The position numbers were made by a program, and so were the translations under genes. Positions 17,813-27,239 of a stretch of DNA of 64,000 bases are shown in pieces; the stretch's first letter is position 1, and the number at the start of each line of letters is the position of its first letter. Source of the DNA: Escherichia phage LHE83; sequence record OQ561750, one strand, 5' to 3'. The notes under the pieces were generated by a model. It was not told the DNA's origin and made no database searches. It was given only the letters and a program-made list of their open reading frames with translations.

Positions 17813-18483
17813 AAGATATAATTATTGACTTTGAAACCTTTGCCACTACTCAAAATGCAGCGGTTATCGACCTAGCCGTAATTGCTTACGACCCTAATCC
17901 AGAGGTTGTAGAAACGTTTGAAGAGCTTACTAAACGAGGCCTTCGTATTAAATTTGACCTCGCTTCTCAACGTGATAAACGACTGTTTTCTAAAAGCACG
18001 TTGCAGTGGTGGAAAGAGCAAGGGCCTGAAGCGCGTAAAAACCTGGCTCCATCTGAAATTGATGTGTCCACTTCTATTGGTCTCGGTAATTTCCTGGAAT
18101 ACTGTCGTAAAAACGAAGTAGACCAATGGAAATCCCAGATGTGGTGTCGTGGAATGTCCTTTGACTTTCCTATCTTAGTCGACCTTATTCGTGATGCTTA
18201 TCGTTCTGAAGGGGTTCCTGAGAATGAAATCGATACCAGTAAATTAGAACCGGTTAAATTCTGGAACCAACGTGACATCCGTACAGCTATTGAAGCATAT
18301 TCACTAACTCGTGGATTGAGCATGTGTCCTCTGCCTAACGGAACATTGAACGGCTTTGTTGCTCATGACTCCATCCATGACTGTGCTAAGGATATCTTGA
18401 TGCTGAAATATGCCCAACGTTATGCCTTAGGCCTGGAAGATGTCCCTGAGAATCCGGACCCATTAAGTATAAAAAATCGATAA
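17809..18483 (+). CDS. dexA: exonuclease A (DexA-like, DEDD family)
   Basis: IIIDFETF N-terminal exonuclease motif; size ~T4 DexA. Confidence 0.7.
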   Translation: MKDIIIDFETFATTQNAAVIDLAVIAYDPNPEVVETFEELTKRGLRIKFDLASQRDKRLFSKSTLQWWKEQGPEARKNLAPSEIDVSTSIGLGNFLEYCRKNEVDQWKSQMWCRGMSFDFPILVDLIRDAYRSEGVPENEIDTSKLEPVKFWNQRDIRTAIEAYSLTRGLSMCPLPNGTLNGFVAHDSIHDCAKDILMLKYAQRYALGLEDVPENPDPLSIKNR

Positions 18484-18487
18484 AAGT

Positions 18488-18516
18488 GTTTACTTCTCCT
18501 CATGACATGTTATTAT
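18488..18516 (+). promoter_or_regulatory. early promoter (GTTTAC, 17 bp, TGtTATTAT) flanked by 10-bp inverted repeat
   Basis: Arms TCTCCTCATG 18495-18504 and CATGAGGAGA 18529-18538; the 3' arm contains the SD. Confidence 0.7.
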
Positions 18517-18543
18517 CTACCCTATCAACATGAGGAGAACAAA

Positions 18544-19053
18544 ATGAAAATTTATCGAGTCGAGTCATCGTTCAGTATCTTAGATAACAGCGATGTTATA
18601 GCAATCACTCACCAACAGTGCCGCCAATTAACACCGTATAGAGGCTCGTTTGATGAATGGAGCGAAGGTTGGTTATTAGAAGTAGGTTTCGACAGACCCA
18701 ATTTTAGGCACCACCATACCAATAATAAAAATATTCCGCTACCAGGTCAAGACAAGTTGTTGGTGGAAAATTCTAATAAAAGCATTAGAACTAAGTGGAA
18801 CCAGCCTGATTATGAAGGCTGTGATGATTATATTCCAGGTTGGTTTGTTAATCTCTACCATTTTGCTTTTGCCAGTGAGTATGATATGATGCGCTGGTTC
18901 ACTCGTGAAGAGCGTGAAGAATTATCTTCTAAAGGATTCTATCTTGCCGTTTACGAAATCCCTGAAGATGAGGTTGTCATTGGTGGCCGCCAAGTAATGT
19001 TCCGCAAATCCCATGCTGAACTCGTAGATTTTATTGAATTGAGAACAATATGA
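18544..19053 (+). CDS. hypothetical protein
   Basis: SD GAGGAG. Confidence 0.55.
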   Translation: MKIYRVESSFSILDNSDVIAITHQQCRQLTPYRGSFDEWSEGWLLEVGFDRPNFRHHHTNNKNIPLPGQDKLLVENSNKSIRTKWNQPDYEGCDDYIPGWFVNLYHFAFASEYDMMRWFTREEREELSSKGFYLAVYEIPEDEVVIGGRQVMFRKSHAELVDFIELRTI

Positions 19054-19598
19054 AATTTAATTACAACCCTAAATACACCCCGAATCCGGCAGCTAAACTG
19101 ATTGATTTTGATGTTTTAAGCACTTATGTATGCCCTGTTAAACCACTGGAAATTAAGGAACCTGCTATGAATACTCAGACTATCGAAATCGGCAAAACCT
19201 ACAAACTGGTTGAACCTGAAATTAAAACTAAGGCCTTGATTTCCGGCCATAAAACCCTGACTGATGTTTTTGGTGAAGGCGAATTTATTGTTGAAGAATT
19301 TGCCAAAAGTGAGTGGTTCTCTAAAGCCTATATTCTCCACGGCCGTCGTTTAGACAATAACAAAATTGAGCAAACCCTGGTTTATGAAGATGAGTTCATC
19401 CTGTTCCAAGAAGTTGAAGAACAAGACCCTACCGACCTTCTAACTCGTGCTGTGTCTATCCGTCGTCCTTTTGATAATCCTATCTGTGGATGGGTAACAG
19501 ACCAGTGGGTTGAAGACGGTGTTGAGCTGCTGAACGTTGTACATGCTGGTGATTTTAGCGTAGTACCTCGTAGTGCAGTGGTTAATGTATTGAATTAG
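19050..19598 (+). CDS. hypothetical protein, tandem paralog A
   Basis: C-terminal GWVTDQWVEDGVELLNVV...VVP shared with next gene. Confidence 0.6.
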   Translation: MKFNYNPKYTPNPAAKLIDFDVLSTYVCPVKPLEIKEPAMNTQTIEIGKTYKLVEPEIKTKALISGHKTLTDVFGEGEFIVEEFAKSEWFSKAYILHGRRLDNNKIEQTLVYEDEFILFQEVEEQDPTDLLTRAVSIRRPFDNPICGWVTDQWVEDGVELLNVVHAGDFSVVPRSAVVNVLN

Positions 19599-19600
19599 TA

Positions 19601-19629
19601 GTTTACTTTATCGAGAGCCATGTTATAAT
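19601..19629 (+). promoter_or_regulatory. early promoter (GTTTAC, 17 bp, TGtTATAAT) embedded in 9-bp inverted repeat
   Basis: Arms GAGAGCCAT 19613-19621 / ATGGCTCTC 19628-19636. Confidence 0.7.
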
Positions 19630-19671
19630 GGCTCTCATGGAGAATAAACTTATTAACCAAGAGAGAAAATT

Positions 19672-20223
19672 ATGATTACTATCGGTGAAATTGTTCGTGT
19701 ATCCAAAGAATCTCGCTCAAAAGCCGCAGGTCGTTTTGTTGAAGTTGCAGGTATTCGTACTAATTTAGTAGGCGGAATTAAAGAAGTTAAAGTGCGTATT
19801 ATTCCTAAAAATGGCCATACCGAAACCGAATTTGCCTATGTGCATCCTAAATTCTTGGAATCGACTGAATTTACTGGACACATCGCTCCTGTAGTTGAAG
19901 AAGTTGAATCCCATGATGGGTATGTATGTGAAAGCAATGATATCCGTGGCGTAGTAGCTCAAGACGTTGAAACTATTGACCAATCTCATGTTGGTGTTGA
20001 TTTCAAATGGAAATTAGGTAAAGGTGTCTTTTTCGTTTCACCTAAACCGTTTGAATACAATTGCAAGTATGGCCCGACTTATGAAACCACTAGTATGTCC
20101 GGTTACATCACAGACCAATGGGTTGAAGAAGGTGTTAAGCTGTATAACATCGTGTTCCTTGGCACCTTTAAAGTAGTTCCTGAAAGTTTTATTGTTGAGT
20201 ACGCTGATATTCATTTTGCATAA
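19672..20223 (+). CDS. hypothetical protein, tandem paralog B
   Basis: C-terminal GYITDQWVEEGVKLYNIV...VVP. Confidence 0.6.
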   Translation: MITIGEIVRVSKESRSKAAGRFVEVAGIRTNLVGGIKEVKVRIIPKNGHTETEFAYVHPKFLESTEFTGHIAPVVEEVESHDGYVCESNDIRGVVAQDVETIDQSHVGVDFKWKLGKGVFFVSPKPFEYNCKYGPTYETTSMSGYITDQWVEEGVKLYNIVFLGTFKVVPESFIVEYADIHFA

Positions 20224-20295
20224 AGTTTAAAAACAGTATACACTATGGTAGGGTAGTGATACTATTACCCTATCAACAAATGAGAGGAAAATAAA

Positions 20296-20514
20296 ATGGC
20301 TAAAGTTACTGTGAACTCGACTCGTGAAGAATTTGAAGATGTTCTGTTCAACCCTGATTTAATCGTGGTTCAAAAGGAACATTCTGATACGTTTTCTCAT
20401 TTATCGTCGGTTTATGTATACGAAAACCAAGGTGACAAAAATCCTATCTATGCAGTGTTCCGTGAAATCACTGCTGAAGGCATTGACTACTGGAAGGAGA
20501 CTTATAATGTCTAA
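20296..20514 (+). CDS. hypothetical protein
   Basis: SD GAGAGGA. Confidence 0.5.
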   Translation: MAKVTVNSTREEFEDVLFNPDLIVVQKEHSDTFSHLSSVYVYENQGDKNPIYAVFREITAEGIDYWKETYNV

Positions 20515-20911
20515 TGAAGCTAAATTTGAAGCCGGTAAATGGTACTATTTTAAAGATGAGGCGGCCGAAGCTGAATTCCGTCGTAGAGATATCAATAATA
20601 TTGTAGCCGATGTTATTATTGAAGGTGAAGGTTTTTCCCCGGTTAAAATTTCAAATGGATGTGTAATCAACTTCGACCTGGTTTACGGCGATAATAAAGA
20701 TATGGTTATATACGCTAGTGAGAGGAAATTTTTTACCGAAATGGTTGAAGTTGAGTGCGACGAAGAATTGGATGAAGACCGTGATTATGGCTACGATGAT
20801 AGTGATGATCTGTCCGAACTAAGTGATTTCCCTTTGACTAAAATCACTATCTCTAATAATTCTGAAGCCTGGTCAGTTTACCAGATGTTGAAAGCTCACT
20901 TTAAGGAATAA
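20507..20911 (+). CDS. hypothetical protein with acidic C-terminus
   Basis: SD GGAGA; internal start of track ORF 20414. Confidence 0.5.
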   Translation: MSNEAKFEAGKWYYFKDEAAEAEFRRRDINNIVADVIIEGEGFSPVKISNGCVINFDLVYGDNKDMVIYASERKFFTEMVEVECDEELDEDRDYGYDDSDDLSELSDFPLTKITISNNSEAWSVYQMLKAHFKE

Positions 20912-20912
20912 T

Positions 20913-21089
20913 ATGCCACTTTATGATTACAAATGCCAATCTGAAGACTGTGCAAAAGAATACGAAAAAATCAAGAAAATCTCTGAAAGAGATAATGATG
21001 TTTGTCCTGATTGCCATCGGCTGGCTGTTCGGTTAGTCTCGGCTCCTAAACATGTTAATGGCGGTTTTTACGACCTGCTGACTAAGTGA
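20913..21089 (+). CDS. small zinc-ribbon protein (FmdB-like, 58 aa)
   Basis: MPLYDYKCQ..C...CPDC pattern; below ORF-track cutoff. Confidence 0.5.
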   Translation: MPLYDYKCQSEDCAKEYEKIKKISERDNDVCPDCHRLAVRLVSAPKHVNGGFYDLLTK

Positions 21090-21095
21090 GAAATT

Positions 21096-21356
21096 ATGAA
21101 ATATATTAATCGTTCTATTGCAGCTCTCGTATTAGCAGTTTCTTTGGTTGGATGTACTGATGCCGATAATGCTACCCGTGTATTGGATGCAAATGGCTAC
21201 GAACAAATCCAAATCACAGGATACAACCTATTTGGCTGCTCTGAAGATGATTTCCAACGTACAGGCTTTATTGCTGTGGGTCCGACAGGTAAAAGGGTTG
21301 AAGGAACTGTTTGTTCTGGATTATTCTTTAAAAAGTCGACCATTCGATTTGATTAA
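21096..21356 (+). CDS. predicted lipoprotein
   Basis: Lipobox LVGC. Confidence 0.55.
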   Translation: MKYINRSIAALVLAVSLVGCTDADNATRVLDANGYEQIQITGYNLFGCSEDDFQRTGFIAVGPTGKRVEGTVCSGLFFKKSTIRFD

Positions 21357-21372
21357 GGGCTTCGGCCCTTTT
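21357..21372 (+). terminator. intrinsic terminator (GGGC-UUCG-GCCC + U4)
   Basis: Hairpin plus T-run directly after stop. Confidence 0.7.
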
Positions 21373-21373
21373 A

Positions 21374-21398
21374 TGCTTTAAGTGAAATGGGATAATAT
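21374..21398 (+). promoter_or_regulatory. candidate MotA-dependent middle promoter (TGCTTTA box + TAATAT) upstream of gene 39
   Basis: MotA-box-like ATGCTTTA 12 nt upstream of -10-like TAATAT. Confidence 0.5.
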
Positions 21399-21422
21399 TC
21401 TCCTACTACATGAGGAAATAAC

Positions 21423-23240
21423 ATGATTAAGAATGAAATTAAAGTACTGTCCGACATTGAACATATCAAAAAACGTAGTGGGATGTATATTGGCTCAAGT
21501 GCTAATGAAGCTCACGGTCGATTCCTGTTTGGTAATTTTACACAGGTAAACTATGTTCCTGGACTGGTTAAATTAATTGATGAAATCATTGATAACTCTG
21601 TCGATGAAGCTATTCGTACCAATTTTAAATTCGCAAATAAAATTGATGTTCAAATTAAGAATAACCAGGTTTCAGTTTCTGATAATGGTCGTGGTATTCC
21701 ACAAGCAATGGTCACCGACCAAAATGGTGAACAGATTCCAGGTCCTGTAGCTGCATGGACTATTCCAAAGGCAGGTGGTAACTTTGGAGATGACGCTGAG
21801 CGTAAGACAGGCGGCATGAATGGTGTCGGTAGTAGTTTAACTAATATCTTCTCTGTTTTGTTCACCGGCATCACCTCTGATGGTGAGAATGAGATTACTG
21901 TTAACTGTTCAAACGGAATGGAAAACAAAGGTTGGTCTACTAAGAAATCTAAAGGTAAGGGTACTTCGGTTATATTCACCCCAGACTTTAATCATTTCGA
22001 AGAAAATAGCCTGTCACAAATTTATCTGGATATTACATTAGACCGATTGCAAACTCTGGCCGTAGTTTATCCTGATATTCAATTTACTTTTAATGGTAAA
22101 AAAGTAGATGGCAACTTTAAAAAGTATGCTAAGCAATTTGGTGAAGACTTTGTAATCCAAGAAACCGATAATGTTTCGATGGCATTTACTCCTTCTCCGG
22201 ATGGATTCCGTCAACTGACTTATGTAAACAATATCCACACCAAGAATGGTGGCCACCACGTTGAATGTGTATTCGATGATATTTGTGAACACCTTCTGCC
22301 AGGCATTAAAAAGAAATACCGTGGAATTGAAGTAACTAAAGCTCGTGTTAAAGAATGCCTTACGATGGTGATGTTCATTCGTGATATGAGCAACATGCGT
22401 TTTGATTCACAGACTAAAGAACGTTTGACCTCTCCTTTTGGTGAGATTCGCAATCATATCCAAATTGATGCTAAGAAAATTGCTCAAGCCATTCTTAAAG
22501 TTGATGGGTTGATTATGCCTATCGTTGAAGCTGCTTTAGCACGTAAATTAGCAGCTGAAAAGGCTGCCGAAACTAAAGCCGCTAAGAAAGCTTCTAAAGC
22601 CAAGGTCCATAAGCATATTAAAGCTAACCTATACGGCAAAGATGCTGATACAACCCTGTTCCTAACCGAAGGTGATTCCGCTATGGGTCCTTTCATTGAA
22701 GTTCGTAATAAAGACCTTCAAGGTGGTTACCCATTGCGTGGTAAGGTTATGAATACCTGGGGAATGACAGCAACAGATATCATGAAGAACAAGGAACTAT
22801 TTGATATCTGTGCAATCACTGGATTGGTTATTGGTGAACCCGCAGATAAAACCAACTATCGTAATATTGCTATTATGACCGATGCCGATGTGGATGGTAC
22901 TGGTTCGATTTATCCATCATTGCTAGCCTTCTTTAGTCAATGGCCCGAATTGTTCGAACAAGGCCGAGTACGGTTCTGTAAAACTCCGGTGATTATTGCT
23001 CAGGTTGGTAAAGAACAGGAATGGTTCTATGATGTGCCTAGTTATACCAAAGCTAAGGACTCTCTACCAAAACACTCCATTCGTTATATCAAAGGACTGG
23101 GTTCTCTTGAGAAGGCTGAATACCGTCGAATGATTCAAGACCCTAAATTTGATGTGGTTCAATTACCTGAAGATTGGAAAGAACAGTTCGAAATGCTCCT
23201 TGGTAATGACCCACAACTCCGTAAGGCCTGGATGTCGTAA
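21423..23240 (+). CDS. 39: topoisomerase II large subunit (GyrB-like), uninterrupted gp39+gp60-equivalent
   Basis: 605 aa, GHKL ATPase and TOPRIM motifs; no split/bypass as in T4 gene 60. Confidence 0.9.
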   Translation: MIKNEIKVLSDIEHIKKRSGMYIGSSANEAHGRFLFGNFTQVNYVPGLVKLIDEIIDNSVDEAIRTNFKFANKIDVQIKNNQVSVSDNGRGIPQAMVTDQNGEQIPGPVAAWTIPKAGGNFGDDAERKTGGMNGVGSSLTNIFSVLFTGITSDGENEITVNCSNGMENKGWSTKKSKGKGTSVIFTPDFNHFEENSLSQIYLDITLDRLQTLAVVYPDIQFTFNGKKVDGNFKKYAKQFGEDFVIQETDNVSMAFTPSPDGFRQLTYVNNIHTKNGGHHVECVFDDICEHLLPGIKKKYRGIEVTKARVKECLTMVMFIRDMSNMRFDSQTKERLTSPFGEIRNHIQIDAKKIAQAILKVDGLIMPIVEAALARKLAAEKAAETKAAKKASKAKVHKHIKANLYGKDADTTLFLTEGDSAMGPFIEVRNKDLQGGYPLRGKVMNTWGMTATDIMKNKELFDICAITGLVIGEPADKTNYRNIAIMTDADVDGTGSIYPSLLAFFSQWPELFEQGRVRFCKTPVIIAQVGKEQEWFYDVPSYTKAKDSLPKHSIRYIKGLGSLEKAEYRRMIQDPKFDVVQLPEDWKEQFEMLLGNDPQLRKAWMS

Positions 23241-23284
23241 TAAATATGTATGGTACTAATTGGTGCCATACAAAAGGAGACTTT

Positions 23285-23446
23285 ATGAGAAAGTACTGGG
23301 TTACGCTCGTCACCGGTGAATACGGTTATATCTGGACTGATACTAGACCTCAGTTTGCAGAATACGTGACTATTACAGTCGAGACATGGGACGGCGAAGT
23401 TTACCAAACCCGCGGACAAGTCTATAAGGTCGATTCAAGTAACTAA
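23285..23446 (+). CDS. small hypothetical protein
   Basis: SD AGGAG upstream of internal ATG of track ORF 23246. Confidence 0.45.
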   Translation: MRKYWVTLVTGEYGYIWTDTRPQFAEYVTITVETWDGEVYQTRGQVYKVDSSN

Positions 23447-23449
23447 TAA

Positions 23450-23467
23450 GGGCCTTCGGGCCCTTTT
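23450..23467 (+). terminator. intrinsic terminator (GGGCC-UUCG-GGCCC + U4)
   Basis: Hairpin + T-run. Confidence 0.7.
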
Positions 23468-23519
23468 CGGGGTTTACAACTGATTAAAAGTATGATACGA
23501 TTCTCTAAGAGGTGAGAAT

Positions 23520-23843
23520 ATGATTATGCAAGATAACAGTATAGTGAACACTGACAACCTGGCTCTATCCTTTATGGAAGCAGCCATTCGTAACTGTAAG
23601 GACGAAGGAGTAGTGACTACAAGCGGTAAGGGACTTGAATACCTTAAGGCTGTAAAATCTATTGCCTTAAAGATTAAAGATAACCAGGCGCTCTCTCCTG
23701 TTGTCCAGGAAAAGGTTTTAGAGATAATGTATCGCCACAGAGAGCACAAAAGTACAATAGGTTCTATGAGAAGAATTCTGGCTGAACTAGGTTCTACCAG
23801 AGAATATGTTCAACATGAGGTAGTTAAAAATGACAAACTTTAA
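23520..23843 (+). CDS. hypothetical protein
   Basis: SD AGAGG. Confidence 0.5.
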   Translation: MIMQDNSIVNTDNLALSFMEAAIRNCKDEGVVTTSGKGLEYLKAVKSIALKIKDNQALSPVVQEKVLEIMYRHREHKSTIGSMRRILAELGSTREYVQHEVVKNDKL

Positions 23844-24033
23844 AGTGAATATTGATTTGTTTGATAAAGCTGTTCATAAAGAATTCCGGTTAATCCAGCG
23901 ATTTTTTGATATCAATGCAGCTGAGGATTTTAAAGAACGCTTTAAAGAAATCAGATATAAAATACTCAACGACATCGCTACTAAGGACGAGCTCCTTGAA
24001 GTGGCAAATATTTTCAAACGTAACCTGAATTGA
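23830..24033 (+). CDS. hypothetical protein
   Basis: ORF. Confidence 0.45.
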   Translation: MTNFKVNIDLFDKAVHKEFRLIQRFFDINAAEDFKERFKEIRYKILNDIATKDELLEVANIFKRNLN

Positions 24034-24040
24034 GAAAAAT

Positions 24041-26251
24041 ATGATTATTGAAACCGAAAAAGAACAAATCATTGGTAATGGTGCTAAGTCCACAGGCTTT
24101 ACTATCCAGGCATCGCCTAAGGTCTTTAAAATTTTGTCATCAGACCTTTATAGTAATAAAGTACGTGCTGTAGTACGTGAACTAATTACCAACATGATTG
24201 ATGCCCATATTCTGAATGGTAATAAAGAACGTTGGAAAGTACAGGTCCCTGGTAAACTGGACCCTCGTTTCGTGTGTCGTGATTTCGGTCCGGGTATGAG
24301 TGATTTCCAAATTCGTGGTGATGAAAACGAAACAGGTTTGTACAACTCTTATTTCGCATCATCCAAAACGGCTTCTAATGATTTCATCGGCGGCTTTGGC
24401 CTTGGTTCAAAATCTCCGTTCAGTTATACCGAAACGTTTAATATCACCTCATGGCACAATGGCGAAGTTCGCGGTTATGTAGCATATATGGATGGTGATG
24501 GCCCGCAGATTAAACCTACTTTCGTAGAACCTATGCAGCCAGGTGATAAAACAGGTATCGAAATCACGGTTCCTGTTGATGAAGAAGATTTCCGTAAGTT
24601 TGAAACTGAAGTTCGTTATATCATGCGGCCTTTCATTGGTCTTGGTGATGTAGACGGTGTTGAAGTTGATTATTTCCCTGAATTTGACGATTACCATCCT
24701 GTAACCACTACAAATTATGGCAGCTTCGAACGTTCAGGACTTTATGCAGTTTATGGTGGTATTGTTTATCCATTGGATTCCGCCTATAATAAAGGCACGT
24801 GGATGCGTACTCGCCATGATGTAGTTTATATTAAGTTCCCTATGGGTTCACTGGATATTGCTCCTTCTCGTGAAGTGTTGTCTCTTGATAAACGTACGAT
24901 GGAAAATATTGCAACCCGTATCGAAGCACTGGACGCAGTGGTCTTTAAAAACGATACACAGGAATGGGTTGAATCTGATAATCCACGCCATGTTTATCGT
25001 GACCTTTCTAACCTTGGTTACAGTGCTCGTGACTATCTTACCAAAAAAGGTGGAACTAGCCTGTTTACTACAGAAAAATTGACATATGAGAAATTATACC
25101 AGCGTTATACCCTTCAAAACGACCTTATTAATTTAGGTGTGGTTTACGAAGTCGTTTCAGACCCACGTTTGAAACGAATTAAGTCAAGTGGTAATACTTC
25201 TTCGGTAGCAGGACTTAGTAATTTATTAGGCATTAATAAGAAAGAAATCCATGTTGTTTATGATGATGAAAAAGGTCGTGTGCCATTAGTTCGAGGTCTT
25301 TGGGCTCTGGCAATGGACAACAGTGCTTCGGCTAAGAAAATTGTTAAAGAGAACAATATTCCTAAATACGGAACTGACCTTATTTTTGTCGACCCAAATT
25401 CAATGTTGCAAATGCAACAACTTGAAAAGGTTAAAGAACTTTTTAAAGGTGACACAATTCATTTTTATAAAGTCTCTGAACTGAATAAAATTGTTAAGCC
25501 ATGGATTCCGGTTACTGTCCGTTCATCAGAACCGCGTCCTAAAACACCGAGTGCTTATCGTTGGTTCATTAAAGACGGGCGCTGGCAACAAGAGACCATG
25601 TATTTGACTGCTGCCGAAGCAGAAGAAATTACAGGTTATGTTCTGTTTGGCAGTCGTTCTGATATTATGGGAATGGATGAAGCTTATGGTATCTTTGACA
25701 TCAATACCATTACCATGTGTCGTATGGCTAATTTGATTGGTGCTACCGAATTCCATATCATTCGCCCTCAGATTGCCAAAAAGATTAAAAAGTTAGGCCA
25801 ATGCGAATGCTTGATGGAAGCTACATTAGAAGCTTATGCTGAAGCCTTAGACGCGGTAGATGTTGATGACTACCTTGGTAGCAATACTCGAGCTCGGTAT
25901 TACCTTGAAATCATTGCTAAGTTCCCTCAGCTTAATTTCATGACCAAGTATTTCAGTGATAAGCCGGTAACTGAAGCATATACTCGTCTGAGTAATTTCT
26001 ATGATATATTCCGTTATATGAATTTCCATGGTTATATCACTGATGATAAGCTTTCCGTTATCAAGAAAATTTGTAACAATACTTTTTTTAAGTTGACTGA
26101 TAATGCTTCAAGCAACAATGATAAAATGACTGTACAGTTTGAATCTGATTACCATTTAGTTTCGGACTACATGTATCGTCGTGGAACATCCATTACCGAG
26201 GCTTCTGTAGCTCAAATTGTTAAATTCATGAAAGCCGTGGAAGCGGCTTAA
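24041..26251 (+). CDS. rIIA: rIIA membrane-associated protein
   Basis: 736 aa; N-terminus MIIETEKEQIIGNGAKSTGFTIQ resembles T4 rIIA. Confidence 0.85.
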   Translation: MIIETEKEQIIGNGAKSTGFTIQASPKVFKILSSDLYSNKVRAVVRELITNMIDAHILNGNKERWKVQVPGKLDPRFVCRDFGPGMSDFQIRGDENETGLYNSYFASSKTASNDFIGGFGLGSKSPFSYTETFNITSWHNGEVRGYVAYMDGDGPQIKPTFVEPMQPGDKTGIEITVPVDEEDFRKFETEVRYIMRPFIGLGDVDGVEVDYFPEFDDYHPVTTTNYGSFERSGLYAVYGGIVYPLDSAYNKGTWMRTRHDVVYIKFPMGSLDIAPSREVLSLDKRTMENIATRIEALDAVVFKNDTQEWVESDNPRHVYRDLSNLGYSARDYLTKKGGTSLFTTEKLTYEKLYQRYTLQNDLINLGVVYEVVSDPRLKRIKSSGNTSSVAGLSNLLGINKKEIHVVYDDEKGRVPLVRGLWALAMDNSASAKKIVKENNIPKYGTDLIFVDPNSMLQMQQLEKVKELFKGDTIHFYKVSELNKIVKPWIPVTVRSSEPRPKTPSAYRWFIKDGRWQQETMYLTAAEAEEITGYVLFGSRSDIMGMDEAYGIFDINTITMCRMANLIGATEFHIIRPQIAKKIKKLGQCECLMEATLEAYAEALDAVDVDDYLGSNTRARYYLEIIAKFPQLNFMTKYFSDKPVTEAYTRLSNFYDIFRYMNFHGYITDDKLSVIKKICNNTFFKLTDNASSNNDKMTVQFESDYHLVSDYMYRRGTSITEASVAQIVKFMKAVEAA

Positions 26252-26265
26252 TCTAAGGAAATATT

Positions 26266-27231
26266 ATGTACAATATTAAGTGTTTGACCTCCGCTGAGCA
26301 AGTTGAAATCGTTAAGTTATATATTTCTGGTAATTATACTCAGAATGAGTTGGCTGACTGGTACAGTGTATCAGTTGATACAATCCGTAAAGTCCTGAAA
26401 AATGCTAAAGGAGCTGGACAGGCCCAGGTAGTTATTACCGGAAATATCAAAGTAACAGTTCCTAACGAGCCTCGTGAAGTTCCCGTTGAAGTTACTATTG
26501 GCGGCTCTCGCCCTGAAATTATCTGGAACGCGAGTTCTAAATTCGTATCCATCACTGAAGGTCGTACAGTATGGAACACCACTAATAAGAACAAACATTT
26601 TGATGCCATCGTACAGGCCCTTAAAGAATCCCGTTTTGACGACGCGATTAAACTGATTTCCATTAAAGAAGCTGTTAAGGCCTTCGTCAAAGGTAACGTT
26701 CGTATTGAAGGTGGTCGTCTGGTTTACCAAGGCATCGAATTGCGTTCAGGGTTGATTGACCGTATTATTACTTCAATGGAAAATGGTGAAGACTTCGAAT
26801 TCTACCTGCCTTTCCTTGAAAACCTGTTAGAAAACCCAAGCGAAAAAGCTGTACAACGTTTGTTCGACTTCCTGGTTGCAAACGACATCAAAATTACTGA
26901 AGATGGCCACTTTATTACGTGGAAGGTAGTTAACTCCGATTACACCGACTGCCGTACTGGTACGTTTGATAACTCACCAGGCAAACCGGTTAAAATGCCT
27001 CGTTCACGTGTAAACGATGACGATACAGTAACTTGTTCAAGAGGTCTGCACGTTTGCTCTCGTAGCTATATCGGTGCATTCGGTAATTCAAACAACCGTG
27101 TAGTTTCATGTAAAGTTAACCCACGTGATGTTGTTAGTATTCCTGTTGATTATGGTGATGCTAAAATGCGCGTATGTTATTATGAAGTTCTGGAAGACGT
27201 TACCGATCAGTTTAAATCAGATTTACGTTAA
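26266..27231 (+). CDS. rIIB: rIIB protein
   Basis: 321 aa directly downstream of rIIA. Confidence 0.8.
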   Translation: MYNIKCLTSAEQVEIVKLYISGNYTQNELADWYSVSVDTIRKVLKNAKGAGQAQVVITGNIKVTVPNEPREVPVEVTIGGSRPEIIWNASSKFVSITEGRTVWNTTNKNKHFDAIVQALKESRFDDAIKLISIKEAVKAFVKGNVRIEGGRLVYQGIELRSGLIDRIITSMENGEDFEFYLPFLENLLENPSEKAVQRLFDFLVANDIKITEDGHFITWKVVNSDYTDCRTGTFDNSPGKPVKMPRSRVNDDDTVTCSRGLHVCSRSYIGAFGNSNNRVVSCKVNPRDVVSIPVDYGDAKMRVCYYEVLEDVTDQFKSDLR

Positions 27232-27239
27232 AATTAAAC

